A DNA stretch of 64,000 nt, from contig CAYXUZ010000011.1 of NCBI GenBank assembly GCA_964467705.1, positions 572 through 64,571 on the forward strand, read 5' to 3'. The notes below the pieces were generated by a model. It saw only the letters and a list, made by a program, of their open reading frames with translations, searched no databases and was not told where the DNA came from. Below, one piece after another: positions 1-9,977 of this stretch. Within the stretch, counting starts at the first letter, position 1, and each line of letters starts with the position of its first letter. This stretch comes from an uncultured Ardenticatenaceae bacterium. Lineage in GTDB: Bacteria; Chloroflexota; Anaerolineae; Promineifilales; Promineifilaceae. The translations under genes were made by a program, and so were the position numbers.

Positions 1-173
1 CTGTGCGCAGTTTGGCTGAGACCCCGCGACCATCAGGTGTGAAGAAGCTGGCAGGTAGCCAACGAGATTGGCGGATTCGTGTTGGTGATTATCGCGTTTT
101 ATACGAGGTTGATGACCAGCAAGAAGTGGTTACCATTTGGCGTATTGCCCATCGCCGCCAGGTCTACCGCTAA
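1..173 (+). CDS. RelE/ParE-family type II toxin, C-terminal fragment (5' end outside window)
   Basis: Frame 3 reads ...VKKLAGSQRDWRIRVGDYRVLYEVDDQQEVVTIWRIAHRRQVYR*, stop TAA 171-173. The RIRVGDYRVxY...V.I..I.HR pattern is the conserved RelE/ParE core. Confidence 0.7.
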   Translation, partial: VRSLAETPRPSGVKKLAGSQRDWRIRVGDYRVLYEVDDQQEVVTIWRIAHRRQVYR

Positions 174-364
174 GCCAACTTTCACGCACAAAACCACCAT
201 CCACCTTATCGCCGAAGGGGCACGGCCGTGACGTGGTGAAAAAGCAGGTTCCGGTGGGCAAAGGTGGGGCGGCGCGGTGGGGACACCGCCGCAGCCACCA
301 CCACCGCAATCAGAAGACCGCGCCGCAGCAGCATGGGGGTGAGGGAGTGAAGGAGTGCAAATAT

Positions 365-1528
365 TTACCGTAATCCCGTTAAGCTGCGGGCAATGACCAT
401 ACGCTGGATTTCGCTGGTGCCTTCGTAGATTTCAGTAATTTTGGCGTCGCGATAGTACCGTTCCAGGGGCATCTCTTTGCTGTAACCCATACCGCCATGA
501 ATCTGAATCGCTTCTTTGGCGCAGAAGTTGGCCGTTTCGCTGGCAAACAGTTTAGCCATGCTGCTTTCCAGGGAGTACCGTTTGCCGGTGACGGCCGCTT
601 CCTTTTTGGCCAGACATGCCTGGTAAATGAGCAAACGGCTGGCCTCGACGCGCGTTTTCATATCCGCCAGTTTTTGCTGGATCATTTGAAACTGGCCGAT
701 CTTCTGCCCAAACGCTTCCCGTTCTTGCGCATAGGCAATAGAGGCTTCCAACGCAGCTTCGGCAATACCCTGCGCCTGGGAGGCGATACCAATGCGCCCG
801 GCGTCCAGTACCGTCATGGCAATTTTGAACCCTTCGCCTTCCTGTCCCAGCCGATTTTCTACCGGGCAGTGGTAGTTGTCGAAGATGATTTCACTGGTGG
901 CGCTGGCGCGGATGCCCATTTTGGGTTCCGTTTTGCCCCGTTCAAAACCGGGCTGGTCAGTCTCAATGAGGAAGGCGGTGATGCCGCTGGCTCCCTTTTC
1001 GGGGTGGGTGGGGGCGAACAACACAATGATATCGGCATAGGGGGCGGATGTGACCCAGGATTTACGGCCGTTGATCACATAATGTGTCCCGGCTTCATTC
1101 AACACGGCGCGGCTTTTCATGTTGCCCGCATCGCTGCCGCTCATCGGCTCCGTCAGGCTGTAGGCGCCAATCTTTTCGCCACTGGTCACGGGCACAAGAT
1201 ACTTTTGCCGTTGGGCTTCCGTGCCATACTTCATAATGCCGTGACAGTAGAGCGAGTTATTCACCGACATGATGGTGCCATGACTGGCGTCGGCTTTGCA
1301 GATTTCGATGAGGGCCAGGGCATAGGCCAGCGTGTCCATGCCGATCCCGCCATACTGCTCCGGCACTTCAATGCCCATAAAACCTAACTGCCCCATTTTG
1401 CGCACTGTCTCAATGGGAAATTCGCCCGTTTCGTCGTGATGGGCGGCGATGGGGGCAATTTCCTGCTGGGCAAAGCGGCGTGCTTCTAGCTGAATCATGC
1501 GATGTTCTTCAGTGATAAAGTCAAACAT
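365..1528 (-). CDS. Acyl-CoA dehydrogenase (short/branched-chain type)
   Basis: 387-aa ORF. Motifs GAYSLTEPMSGSDAG, GEGFKIAMTVLDAGRIGIA and C-terminal ITEIYEGTSEIQR are typical of FAD acyl-CoA dehydrogenases. Confidence 0.95.
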   Translation of the reverse strand: MFDFITEEHRMIQLEARRFAQQEIAPIAAHHDETGEFPIETVRKMGQLGFMGIEVPEQYGGIGMDTLAYALALIEICKADASHGTIMSVNNSLYCHGIMKYGTEAQRQKYLVPVTSGEKIGAYSLTEPMSGSDAGNMKSRAVLNEAGTHYVINGRKSWVTSAPYADIIVLFAPTHPEKGASGITAFLIETDQPGFERGKTEPKMGIRASATSEIIFDNYHCPVENRLGQEGEGFKIAMTVLDAGRIGIASQAQGIAEAALEASIAYAQEREAFGQKIGQFQMIQQKLADMKTRVEASRLLIYQACLAKKEAAVTGKRYSLESSMAKLFASETANFCAKEAIQIHGGMGYSKEMPLERYYRDAKITEIYEGTSEIQRMVIARSLTGLR

Positions 1529-1554
1529 AGTGGGAACCTCCGTGGTTAGTAATA

Positions 1555-1625
1555 GTGAACAGTGAGCGGTAGGCAGTGAGCAGTAGATCGTTCACCGCTC
1601 ACTGCCCCCTACTAACTGCTCACTG
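1555..1625. repeat. Word hairpin: two copies of CAGTGAGC followed by two copies of GCTCACTG
   Basis: The CAGTGAGC cores lie inside CAGTGAGCGGT (1560-1570) and CAGTGAGCAGT (1574-1584). The complementary GCTCACTG cores lie inside ACCGCTCACTG (1594-1604) and ACTGCTCACTG (1615-1625). The 11-mers pair 1:1 and 2:2 (interleaved); the 8-nt cores can also pair nested. The element sits between two minus-strand genes and overlaps the last codons of 1592-2347. Confidence 0.8.
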
Positions 1626-2347
1626 ATAACAGTCATCATAAACTTCTCAAAATCCTGTGGTGTTAACTCAAAGCCTTCCAGCCAGCGGCGTTGTTCGGCC
1701 AGCCATTGTTTGCCGTCTTTCCCGGCCAACACATCGGCGGGGATTTTTTCGGGACGACTGGGCATGGAGAGGTAGCGGCTGCGGACGTCGGTGGCGTAAA
1801 CGTCGGCGGGGTAGATTTCATGGAAGTGGACACGGCCGTGTTGCGCAATCATCCCCTCTGCTTTTTGGGGAGCGACATAGGTGTAAACAATGACCCGATT
1901 TTCCCCTTCCTGCACCTGCATTGCCAGACAAACCCACTTTTCAGGCACACGCCGTTCACGCCCGCCCCGTTTGTACCCTTTAAGGATGAAGCGCCAGTAC
2001 AATTGATTCATGTTGCCGTTCCAACTGAGGCTGTAGGTGGGCGAATCCATGTCTTGTACCTGGATGCCTTTTTCATCCAGTGTCAGCACCCGGCCGCTGT
2101 GCCAGACGCGCTTGAGACCGTGTTCGATGGCCCAAACAGCCGCCAACGCCAATATCAGGGAACCAGAACAAGCGATGATAAATGTGAAATCTACGAGACG
2201 ACGAGGGGCCACTGCCGGCCATGCGGTATTGAAAAAGATAAAAAAGACGATGATAAACACGAATAAAAGCAGCAGTACGGCCGTGCGCACGCCACTATGT
2301 TCTTGATCTGCATGAAGCACAATGCCAGAGGAAGAAGTAGGTGCCAT
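1592..2347 (-). CDS. Hypothetical membrane protein (2 TM helices plus soluble C-terminal domain)
   Basis: 251-aa ORF. Hydrophobic segments VLLLLFVFIIVFFIFF and IIACSGSLILALAAVWAI. No family recognised. Confidence 0.5.
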   Translation of the reverse strand: MAPTSSSGIVLHADQEHSGVRTAVLLLLFVFIIVFFIFFNTAWPAVAPRRLVDFTFIIACSGSLILALAAVWAIEHGLKRVWHSGRVLTLDEKGIQVQDMDSPTYSLSWNGNMNQLYWRFILKGYKRGGRERRVPEKWVCLAMQVQEGENRVIVYTYVAPQKAEGMIAQHGRVHFHEIYPADVYATDVRSRYLSMPSRPEKIPADVLAGKDGKQWLAEQRRWLEGFELTPQDFEKFMMTVISEQLVGGSER

Positions 2348-2420
2348 GACCCTATTTGTAATCTGCTATGGCAATTCTGGCAACATTCTTGTCTGGTACG
2401 GCCGGATACGCAGGGCTATA

Positions 2421-4196
2421 ATGCTCGCAATCCATTCACGGATTAGGGAGAATGATGTGTTAAACCCCGAGCGGCTGCGCTATGAGGCGGCCATCAATGA
2501 CTTTAAGCGGGCGCGCAAAAAGGCGGCTTTTCAGCAGATGATGGCCCGTTTGCGCGGCCAATCGGCCGATTTGTTGGCCTATGAAGATGTGTGTCACCAT
2601 GTAAAAGCGGCTGATGCCGTCAAACAAGGTGTGCAGGAAATTCCCCTGGATGCTATTGTGGGCAGTGTGGGGCGGTATAAGGATTTTACCCGCGATTTTC
2701 TGCCCAAACATGATAGTGATATTGAACGGTGGGCGAGGGTGCGCACGGCCGTGATGGACATGGCCGGTATGCCCCCTATTGACGTGTACAAAGTGGGTGA
2801 AGTGTATTTTGTGATTGATGGTAACCACCGTGTTTCTGTGGCCCGCGAGATGGGCGCCAAAACCATCACCGCCCATATAACCGAGGTGAAGATTCGCGTG
2901 CCGCTGCTGCCGGATGATGACCCCAACGAAATTATTTGCAAGGCGCGATATGCTGAATTTCTGGAGCAGACGAATCTCAATGAATTGCGGCCAGAAGCTA
3001 ACCTGTATATGACTTTTTGCGGTCATTACCGTGCGCTGCTGGCGCAAATTGATGTGTGTCGGGAACAGAAAGAGCCGATTATGGGCCGCGAATTAAGCCA
3101 TGCAGAAGCCGTGTGCCGCTGGTATGACGAAGTTTACCTGCCGGTCATTCGCATCATACGTGAACAAGGCATCTTGCGGTATTTTCCCGAACGCACAGAA
3201 GCCGACCTCTATGTGCTGCTTTCGGAACGGCGTGAACAGTTGGAAAGTTCTTTGGGGTGGGAAATCCAATTGGATAAAGCCGCCTCTACTCTGGCCGTTT
3301 CCGACCAGAGGCGGGGGTTGGGGCGGTTGTGGCAGGCTTTGACGCCGCCGGAATTAGCCGATGGCCCGGAGCCGGGTACGTGGCGCAAGTTCCAGATTAG
3401 CCGCCAGACGAACCGGCTTTTTGTTGATTATCTGGTGGCGCTTAGTGGGCGTGAGGCAAACTGGCCGATGCTGGCGCAGGTGATTCGCCTGGCACAGCGG
3501 GAATCGGATAGGCTTTTAGGGTTGCATGTGGTCTCGGATGCGGCAAAGGCCAATAACAAGCGTGTGTCTGCCATTGCGGAACGATTTCAACAGATGTGTG
3601 TGGAAGGGGGCGTGGTTGGAGAGTTTGCTGTGGAGGTGGGTGATGTAGTGGAGATCATCACTAAACGCTCGGTGTGGGCGGATCTGGTGGTTTTGGGGCT
3701 GGAAAACAGGCCGGGTAAAGGTGGGCAAGGTGCGGTACGGCCGTCTGCCCGCCTGGGCAATCGGACTATGCAAATGATTCAACGCTCACCACGCCCTATT
3801 CTGGCAATTCCTACGGATGCCGTCTGTGATCTGGATCGGGTGTTGCTGGCTTATGATGGCAGCCCCAAAGCAGATGAAGCGCTGTTTGTGGCTACGTATC
3901 TCAAATTACGGTGGCCGCTGGAACTGGTGGTGGTAACAGTGGAGACGGAGTATACGACGACGGTCGCTTTAGAACAGACGAAGGAGTACCTGGCCGACTA
4001 CGGAATTGACGATGCCGTTTTTGTTTTGCGGCAGAAGCCCATAGCCAAAGCTGTGTTGGACACGGCCGTTGCTCACCAAAGCAACTTCCTCATCATGGGT
4101 GGATTTGGCTTCCGCCCCGTCAAACACCTTGTATTAGGCAGTACAGTAGATGACATTTTGCGTCATTTTCCACACCCGATTTTGATTTGTCGTTAG
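2421..4196 (+). CDS. ParB/sulfiredoxin-like domain protein with C-terminal universal stress protein (Usp) modules
   Basis: ATG 2421 avoids overlap with the upstream gene. VIDGNHRVSVAREMGAKTI is a ParB/Srx-type motif. The central region (WYDEVYLPVIRIIRE...RTEADLYV) resembles DUF4032 from memory. The C-terminus LVLGSTVDDILRHFPHPILICR is Usp-like. Confidence 0.7.
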   Translation: MLAIHSRIRENDVLNPERLRYEAAINDFKRARKKAAFQQMMARLRGQSADLLAYEDVCHHVKAADAVKQGVQEIPLDAIVGSVGRYKDFTRDFLPKHDSDIERWARVRTAVMDMAGMPPIDVYKVGEVYFVIDGNHRVSVAREMGAKTITAHITEVKIRVPLLPDDDPNEIICKARYAEFLEQTNLNELRPEANLYMTFCGHYRALLAQIDVCREQKEPIMGRELSHAEAVCRWYDEVYLPVIRIIREQGILRYFPERTEADLYVLLSERREQLESSLGWEIQLDKAASTLAVSDQRRGLGRLWQALTPPELADGPEPGTWRKFQISRQTNRLFVDYLVALSGREANWPMLAQVIRLAQRESDRLLGLHVVSDAAKANNKRVSAIAERFQQMCVEGGVVGEFAVEVGDVVEIITKRSVWADLVVLGLENRPGKGGQGAVRPSARLGNRTMQMIQRSPRPILAIPTDAVCDLDRVLLAYDGSPKADEALFVATYLKLRWPLELVVVTVETEYTTTVALEQTKEYLADYGIDDAVFVLRQKPIAKAVLDTAVAHQSNFLIMGGFGFRPVKHLVLGSTVDDILRHFPHPILICR

Positions 4197-4203
4197 TCAG
4201 GGA

Positions 4204-4623
4204 CTATGTGGGCGCCCACACCTTTTCCCCATTCAAAATACGCTGAATGTGTTCGCCAAAAAGAGGCCCGTTAATGGGCTTCCCTAAAAAGCCATTGAAA
4301 CCAGCTTCACGGGCGTGTGCCACATCTTCACGCATCACATTAGCGGTAACTGCTACTACGGGTATGGCTGCCAACGCTTCATCCTGGCGCATTTCTGCCA
4401 GAATGGCGTAGCCATCTTTTCCCGGAAGTTGCAAATCCAGCAAAACTAGGTCTACACCACGGGGCAATAACGAGCGCAAAAAAGGGAGAGGGTCTTCCGG
4501 CAGCATGAAGATATTGTCACCTGCTACCCCTTCTACTTGCAGCAGTTTGCGCGTAACCATGCGGTTGTTTTCATCATCTTCAACTATCAAAACTCGGACA
4601 TCAGCCAGCGATGGTTTATTCAT
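4204..4623 (-). CDS. Stand-alone response regulator receiver domain (CheY-like)
   Basis: 139 aa. VLIVEDDENNR, phospho-acceptor context DLVLLDLQLPGKDG, and VVAVTANV...GKP. Confidence 0.9.
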   Translation of the reverse strand: MNKPSLADVRVLIVEDDENNRMVTRKLLQVEGVAGDNIFMLPEDPLPFLRSLLPRGVDLVLLDLQLPGKDGYAILAEMRQDEALAAIPVVAVTANVMREDVAHAREAGFNGFLGKPINGPLFGEHIQRILNGEKVWAPT

Positions 4624-4768
4624 AAGGCTGTAGTATAACGATGCAGCTAAAAATGTGTAGCGCCCTGTGATTATTCATGTTACGAAGCCGGATGTGAGTA
4701 ACAGTTGAAGTGAGACGATATTTTGATAAGCTAGTGTCAGATTGCGCAAAAAGGTATCAACTATTCTT

Positions 4769-5110
4769 ATGATTACACCAGCGGGAAAAGAGTGCCGTTT
4801 TTACTATCAAGATTTTCATCGAGGACATTCCTTGCAGGAGTGCCGCCTGGCGCAGGCGAACCCAAAGTCGAAAGCGTGGAAGCCCGGTGATTGCCAGCAA
4901 TGCCCGGCGCCGGAGATTTTGCTGGCGAACAGTAGCCCTAACCTGGTATTAGAGGGGGCGATCAAAGAAAGTTTTATGGGCATAAATCGGCGCATGGAAG
5001 TGAGCGCGTTTTGCAGTAAACATCTGGTGGATGTGCCGGAACCGCAGGTGGGCTGCAAGCAGTGTGCATTGGAAAAGCCGGGCTTGCGTGAGTTATTTGG
5101 CGAGGGGTAA
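4769..5110 (+). CDS. Hypothetical Cys-rich small protein
   Basis: ORF with ATG at 4769. Cys pairs (CRFYY...ECRL, CQQC, CKQC) suggest a zinc-ribbon-like protein. No family recognised. Confidence 0.4.
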   Translation: MITPAGKECRFYYQDFHRGHSLQECRLAQANPKSKAWKPGDCQQCPAPEILLANSSPNLVLEGAIKESFMGINRRMEVSAFCSKHLVDVPEPQVGCKQCALEKPGLRELFGEG

Positions 5111-5151
5111 CCTGAACGAAAGCCAATCAATAGTAGGAGATAACAAAGTTC

Positions 5152-5874
5152 ATGTTGAAGGCTATTTTGTTTGATCTGGATGATACGCTATTGGGCAATC
5201 ATGTAGATACGTTTGTCCCCCGATATTTCAAGTTGCTGGGGGCATATGCCGCTGAACTACTGCCTGCCGAACAACTCATTCAGGCGTTGCTGACGTGTAC
5301 GGAATTGACTATTCAAAATGTGGATGGTACCAGGAGTAATTATGACGTTTTTTGGGAGGCCTTTACGGCGCGAACGGGATTGAATACGGCCGTTGCCGAA
5401 CCCTTTTTTGCTCGTTTTTATGAAGAGGTATTTCCACAATTGCAGGTGGTGACAACGGTACGGTCGTCGGCTCGCCCTCTGGTGCAGCAATGTCTGAACG
5501 CCGGGTTAAAGGTAGTCGTTGCCACCAACCCCTTGTTTCCGCGGGTAGCCATTGAACAGCGTTTGGCCTGGGCCGGCGTACCCCCGTCTGAATTTGATTT
5601 TGCCTTGATAACAACAATGGAAAATATGCACATGACCAAACCGCACCGTGCCTATTATGCTGAAATTGTGCGGCGAATCGGCTGTGAACCTTCGCAAGCC
5701 TTGATGGTGGGGGATAGTTGGAATAATGACATAGCGCCCGCGGCGGCGCTTGGGATACACACATTTTGGACACCGCCCGCGGAAGACCTGGCTCCTGATC
5801 CGGCACTGTTATCGGGATGGGGTTCCCTTGATGATTTGCGGGTGCGTCTGCAAGGTGGGTGGTTGTTAACGTAG
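5152..5874 (+). CDS. HAD-superfamily hydrolase
   Basis: N-terminal ILFDLDDTLL (DxDxT) and distal MVGDSWNNDI motif. Confidence 0.85.
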   Translation: MLKAILFDLDDTLLGNHVDTFVPRYFKLLGAYAAELLPAEQLIQALLTCTELTIQNVDGTRSNYDVFWEAFTARTGLNTAVAEPFFARFYEEVFPQLQVVTTVRSSARPLVQQCLNAGLKVVVATNPLFPRVAIEQRLAWAGVPPSEFDFALITTMENMHMTKPHRAYYAEIVRRIGCEPSQALMVGDSWNNDIAPAAALGIHTFWTPPAEDLAPDPALLSGWGSLDDLRVRLQGGWLLT

Positions 5875-6861
5875 CCTACGGCCTAAGTGGGCAACCTCCT
5901 GCCGTAATCTGGCAATAGCAGCGGCGCTTTGCTGGTCATTAAATAGTTGATGATGGTGTTTTTTGTATGCCAGTTCGCTGCACCGGTGAAAAAAATGGGC
6001 TGCCTGCCGGTTGGCCTGCCACCCTTTGGTTAATAACATTTCCAGACTGAAGAATAGTCGCTGATGACCAGAACAAGCCAGCCGATATTGGCTGACCGTC
6101 AATGTGTTTTGGGCGATTTCTGACGCCAGATAACGCTTGATCCAGTTTCTTTCCTGGATGAGCGCCCAAAGGATGATAACCAGCAGCAGGCAGATGCCCC
6201 CCCAATCAAACAGAAAGCTGAAGCAGACCAGGACGTTGTTACTGGCCACAGTGAGATTGTGCATAAAGTGGAGGAACACGGCCGTGCCCCAACCCAATAC
6301 AGGCGCTATCCATTTCACCACCGTCCGGGGAGAGAGACGGGCGACGGCGATCCCCAGGCCGGTGAAGCTGGAAAAGAGTGCATGGTTCAGACCAAAGATG
6401 ACGGTACGCAGCACCACGTTGATTCCCCAGGCTGCCGCTCCCCCGCTCCAATACTCATTCATAAAATAATACACGTTTTCCACCATAGCAAACCCTAATC
6501 CGACCATTGCGCCGTAAATGATGCCATCAAGTGGGCTGTCAATCTCTTGCCGCCAGAACAGGAAAATGGCTAACAAAACCAGGCCTTTGATGCTTTCTTC
6601 CACAACGGGGGCAACAAAAATGGCAACGGCCGTGTCTGCATAGGGCCCATCACGAACCAATACGTACACGGGCAGCCCGATAACCGTGTTAAATAGCAAA
6701 GCCAGCAGAACCCCGGGTATGGCCCCCCAAAAAAAAGTGGCTGCCAACAGCCAAAAGGGTTCTTTCTCATAGCGGTCAACCCAATAAACAATACTTACAT
6801 AAAAGAGGGTAGGAACGATGGCAGCAATGATGGAGACGATGAGCAGGGCTGAATCAGACAT
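5866..6861 (-). CDS. PrsW-family intramembrane metalloprotease
   Basis: Polytopic membrane ORF with VVEESIKGL, GLNHALFS and FLHFMHN motifs. ATG 6861 chosen to avoid overlap with queA. Confidence 0.8.
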   Translation of the reverse strand: MSDSALLIVSIIAAIVPTLFYVSIVYWVDRYEKEPFWLLAATFFWGAIPGVLLALLFNTVIGLPVYVLVRDGPYADTAVAIFVAPVVEESIKGLVLLAIFLFWRQEIDSPLDGIIYGAMVGLGFAMVENVYYFMNEYWSGGAAAWGINVVLRTVIFGLNHALFSSFTGLGIAVARLSPRTVVKWIAPVLGWGTAVFLHFMHNLTVASNNVLVCFSFLFDWGGICLLLVIILWALIQERNWIKRYLASEIAQNTLTVSQYRLACSGHQRLFFSLEMLLTKGWQANRQAAHFFHRCSELAYKKHHHQLFNDQQSAAAIARLRQEVAHLGRRLR

Positions 6862-6868
6862 GTGGGGG

Positions 6869-7972
6869 TCACACGATAAGCATGGCGTCGCCAAAAGAAA
6901 AAAAGCGATACCGTTCGGTTATGGCGGTGTTGTAGGCTTGCCGTGCCAGTTCTTGTCCGGCGAAAGCGGATACTAGCATGAGCAAACTTGATTGTGGCAG
7001 ATGAAAGTTAGTGATCATCATATCTATTGCCCGGAAACGATAGCCAGGGTAAATGAAAAGGTCAGTTGCACCTTCAAAGGTCATCACCGGACGCCAGGGA
7101 CAAAGATCGCCGGTTTCCCCAGAAATGTCCCTCTGGCTGATAGTTTGCAGGCTGTCGGTAATGCCGGCACTGCGGCAGGCGGCTGTTTCCAAAGTGCGCA
7201 CGGCCGTTGTGCCCACGGCCACAACTTTCCCTCCTGCAAGTTTGGCGTCATTAATCCGCCGGGCTGTTTCTGGTGTCAGGCTGGCCCATTCACTATGGAT
7301 GGTATGATCAGCTATGCGCCTGGCGTCAACGGGTTTGAAGGTATCTAGTCCCACATGAAGTGTAACAGTCTCTAACAAAACACCTTGATTGCGTATAGCC
7401 AGTAAGAGGTCGCCAGTAAAATGCAAACCCGCTGTAGGTGCAGCAGCCGAACCCAGCGGCTGTGCGTAGACTGTCTGGTAACGAGTTGCATCGGTCAATG
7501 GATGGTGAATGTAAGGGGGCAGGGGAGTATGTCCGATTTCATCTAAAATATCATCAATGGGCTGACTAAATGTTATTTCACGGCGTGGGCCATCAAATAC
7601 GGCCGTCACCGTAGCCAAAACTTCTGTTTCTTTGCCATCATGCCCGGTAAGGCGCATGTTTGCGCCTTCACCCAGCCGCTTGCCACCGACTAATGCTTGC
7701 CAGCGTGTATCGTCCAGCCTGGAAAGCAGCAGTATCTCCACTTTTCCACCACTCTGCTTACGGCCGTATAACCGCGCTGGCATGACCCGGCTGTTATTCA
7801 CTACCAGCACATCACCTGGCTGTAAATAATCTTGAATATCGGCAAAACGCCGATGCTCGATACGGCCGTCAGTCCGATTGACTACCATCAAGCGACTGGC
7901 ATCACGCTGCGGCAACGGCCGTTGCGCAATCAATTCTGGTGGTAGTTCATAATCAAAATCATGAGTAAACAT
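6869..7972 (-). CDS. queA: S-adenosylmethionine:tRNA ribosyltransferase-isomerase
   Basis: 367 aa. FDYELPPELIAQRPL...RDASRLMV N-terminus, and TAGLHFT and FFSFGDAMLI motifs. Confidence 0.93.
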   Translation of the reverse strand: MFTHDFDYELPPELIAQRPLPQRDASRLMVVNRTDGRIEHRRFADIQDYLQPGDVLVVNNSRVMPARLYGRKQSGGKVEILLLSRLDDTRWQALVGGKRLGEGANMRLTGHDGKETEVLATVTAVFDGPRREITFSQPIDDILDEIGHTPLPPYIHHPLTDATRYQTVYAQPLGSAAAPTAGLHFTGDLLLAIRNQGVLLETVTLHVGLDTFKPVDARRIADHTIHSEWASLTPETARRINDAKLAGGKVVAVGTTAVRTLETAACRSAGITDSLQTISQRDISGETGDLCPWRPVMTFEGATDLFIYPGYRFRAIDMMITNFHLPQSSLLMLVSAFAGQELARQAYNTAITERYRFFSFGDAMLIV

Positions 7973-8020
7973 TTTCTTGCCCGTGTTCTGATTATAGCAT
8001 TATCAGCAAGCTGGTCAGCG

Positions 8021-9037
8021 TCACTTCCTGGTTGGCGCCAGTTCGATCTGGATGAAGTCGCCAGCCGTCACCTGCAAGCTACGCATCGGCTCCAGGTACC
8101 GTTCGGTCGTAGTGATACTGGCGTGGCCCAGCATCTGCTGGATTTGCCGCAAGTCAGCGCCACCCCTCAACGCCAATGCCGCTGCTGTTCGACGTAGATC
8201 GTGGGCCGCCAATGCGGCTTCACCTTGTTGGTTCACAAACCCGGCGGCCAAGACATGCTCAGCCACAATGTTGTAGATGGCCTGGGGCGTCAGATAACCA
8301 TCGGTCTGATAACCACCTTTGGTGCGCACCTGTCCAGCCAGATTTCCATCTTTATTTAGGGCGCGAAAGACACGGCCGTGTCTCACCCCCGACGCCTGCG
8401 CCCAGCTATCCAATGCCACTTTCACCCAGGGTGGAATGCCCACTGAACGCACCCGGCTACCCTTGCCCACCAGGTCAATGATGGCCCACCGGCCGTCACG
8501 CTGTTGCACCATTGGCCATGACAGCGAGGCAACCTCTGCCCGCCGCAGGCCAGTGCCAAGCATCACCGCCAGAACTGCCTGGTCGCGGACCGCTTTCAAC
8601 GCCGGAATTTCCTCCCGTTGCCAGCGATAAACTGGCGTATTGATCAGTTTCTCTGCTTCTTCTTTCGTCAGCCAGTTGCCGGCGCGCACCCCTTCCTGCC
8701 TCACGCCTTTGACACGCTCCACACCATAAGCCAGGGTGGGAGCTACCAGGCCATTGTCAGCAGCCTCGGCCGCGAGCTTTCGTATAGCTGATAATGCCTG
8801 ATTGATGCTGCTGCGACTTTTGCCCACGTTCAACATCTCTTCGCGGTAGGCATTGATGGTCGCTTTGCTGAAACCAGGACGGCCGTTGCTATCATACCAC
8901 TCCAGAAAATCGAGTAGCGCGCGGCTGTAAGCTCGCTTACTGTGCGGACTGTCCACACTTTGCGTCACCAGGTCAATGATGGCGTACCAATCATCTTGGG
9001 GAATGAGAACCATACTTTGTGTATCCACGAGAGCCAT
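8021..9037 (-). CDS. Tyrosine recombinase / phage-type integrase
   Basis: GTGLRRAEV, HDLRRTAA and LGHASITTTERYL supply the R...HxxR...H...Y catalytic signature. Confidence 0.9.
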   Translation of the reverse strand: MALVDTQSMVLIPQDDWYAIIDLVTQSVDSPHSKRAYSRALLDFLEWYDSNGRPGFSKATINAYREEMLNVGKSRSSINQALSAIRKLAAEAADNGLVAPTLAYGVERVKGVRQEGVRAGNWLTKEEAEKLINTPVYRWQREEIPALKAVRDQAVLAVMLGTGLRRAEVASLSWPMVQQRDGRWAIIDLVGKGSRVRSVGIPPWVKVALDSWAQASGVRHGRVFRALNKDGNLAGQVRTKGGYQTDGYLTPQAIYNIVAEHVLAAGFVNQQGEAALAAHDLRRTAAALALRGGADLRQIQQMLGHASITTTERYLEPMRSLQVTAGDFIQIELAPTRK

Positions 9038-9134
9038 ATTATGTTAATTTAAACTCTTTGTCAATAGCTTTTGTTAAGGATTATTATCATAAGCTATATG
9101 TGCGCGATTAGTGTAATTGAGGCACAATGGTGAA

Positions 9135-9911
9135 ATGGTAGATGGGGAACAATCAACACCCGCCGGATGGGAAACCTGGCTGGAGGGAATCATTTCGGTC
9201 ACGGCGGCTGTAGCCTCAAGCAGTCGGCCTGTTCATGCTGTGTACATTCGGCAAGATGCCCGGCAGCGGCACGACCGTAAGCTGGCGCTGCTGGTAGACA
9301 CGGCCGTCGCCGCCGAAGTTCCGGTGCAGTGGGTAGACGAGGCTTTCATTAGCCAACATGCCAGCGGTGCTAGCCACGGCGGCGTTCTGGCACGTGTCGG
9401 GCCGCGCCGATTTGTCCGTTGTGATGATTTATTGGCAGGTACGGCCGTGCCTTTTGTGGCTATGCTGGACGGCATCGAAGACCCGTTTAACTTTGGTCAG
9501 GCGGTGCGGGCACTTCATGCTGCCGGGGCGAATGGGCTGGTGCTGCGGCCACGAAACTGGCTGTCGGCGGCAGGCACAGTAGCGCGGGCCTCAGCGGGGG
9601 CGTCGGAATGGCTACCGACGGCCGTGGCCGAAACGGCCGAAGAAGCCGCCACCTTTTTTCGTCAGCAGGGGCTAACTATCGCCTGTGCCAGCCATAATGA
9701 GGCGGCCTCTATCTATGAAGCGGATTTGACACGGCCGTTATTCTTGCTCATCGGTGGTGAAAAACGGGGCATTACCCGCTCTTTTTTGCGCCAGGCTGAC
9801 TTGCGTTTGCAGATACCATACGGCCGTGACAACTTTCAACAATCGTTAGGTACAGCGGCGGCAACGGCCGTGATCAGCTTTGAAATTATGAGGCAGAGGA
9901 AACGTGTTTAA
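9135..9911 (+). CDS. SpoU/TrmH-family RNA 2'-O-methyltransferase
   Basis: DGIEDPFNFGQAVRALHAAG, LLIGGEKRGI, LRLQIPYG...SLGTAAATAVISFE. ATG at 9135. Confidence 0.85.
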   Translation: MVDGEQSTPAGWETWLEGIISVTAAVASSSRPVHAVYIRQDARQRHDRKLALLVDTAVAAEVPVQWVDEAFISQHASGASHGGVLARVGPRRFVRCDDLLAGTAVPFVAMLDGIEDPFNFGQAVRALHAAGANGLVLRPRNWLSAAGTVARASAGASEWLPTAVAETAEEAATFFRQQGLTIACASHNEAASIYEADLTRPLFLLIGGEKRGITRSFLRQADLRLQIPYGRDNFQQSLGTAAATAVISFEIMRQRKRV

Positions 9912-9977
9912 GAATTCATGTACTCAGGTGTTGAAGTACACACACCTAAACACATGAACACTCAAACACTTAAACAC

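Noticed and set aside
497-1387. 296-aa plus-strand ORF
   Set aside because: It is antisense to the acyl-CoA dehydrogenase gene, which has unambiguous family motifs. This ORF has none.
8021-9116. Prophage or integrative island anchored by the integrase
   Set aside because: The neighbours are housekeeping genes (queA, TrmH-like). I saw no phage or conjugation genes, no tRNA and no flanking direct repeats. The gene carries the host palindrome at normal density.
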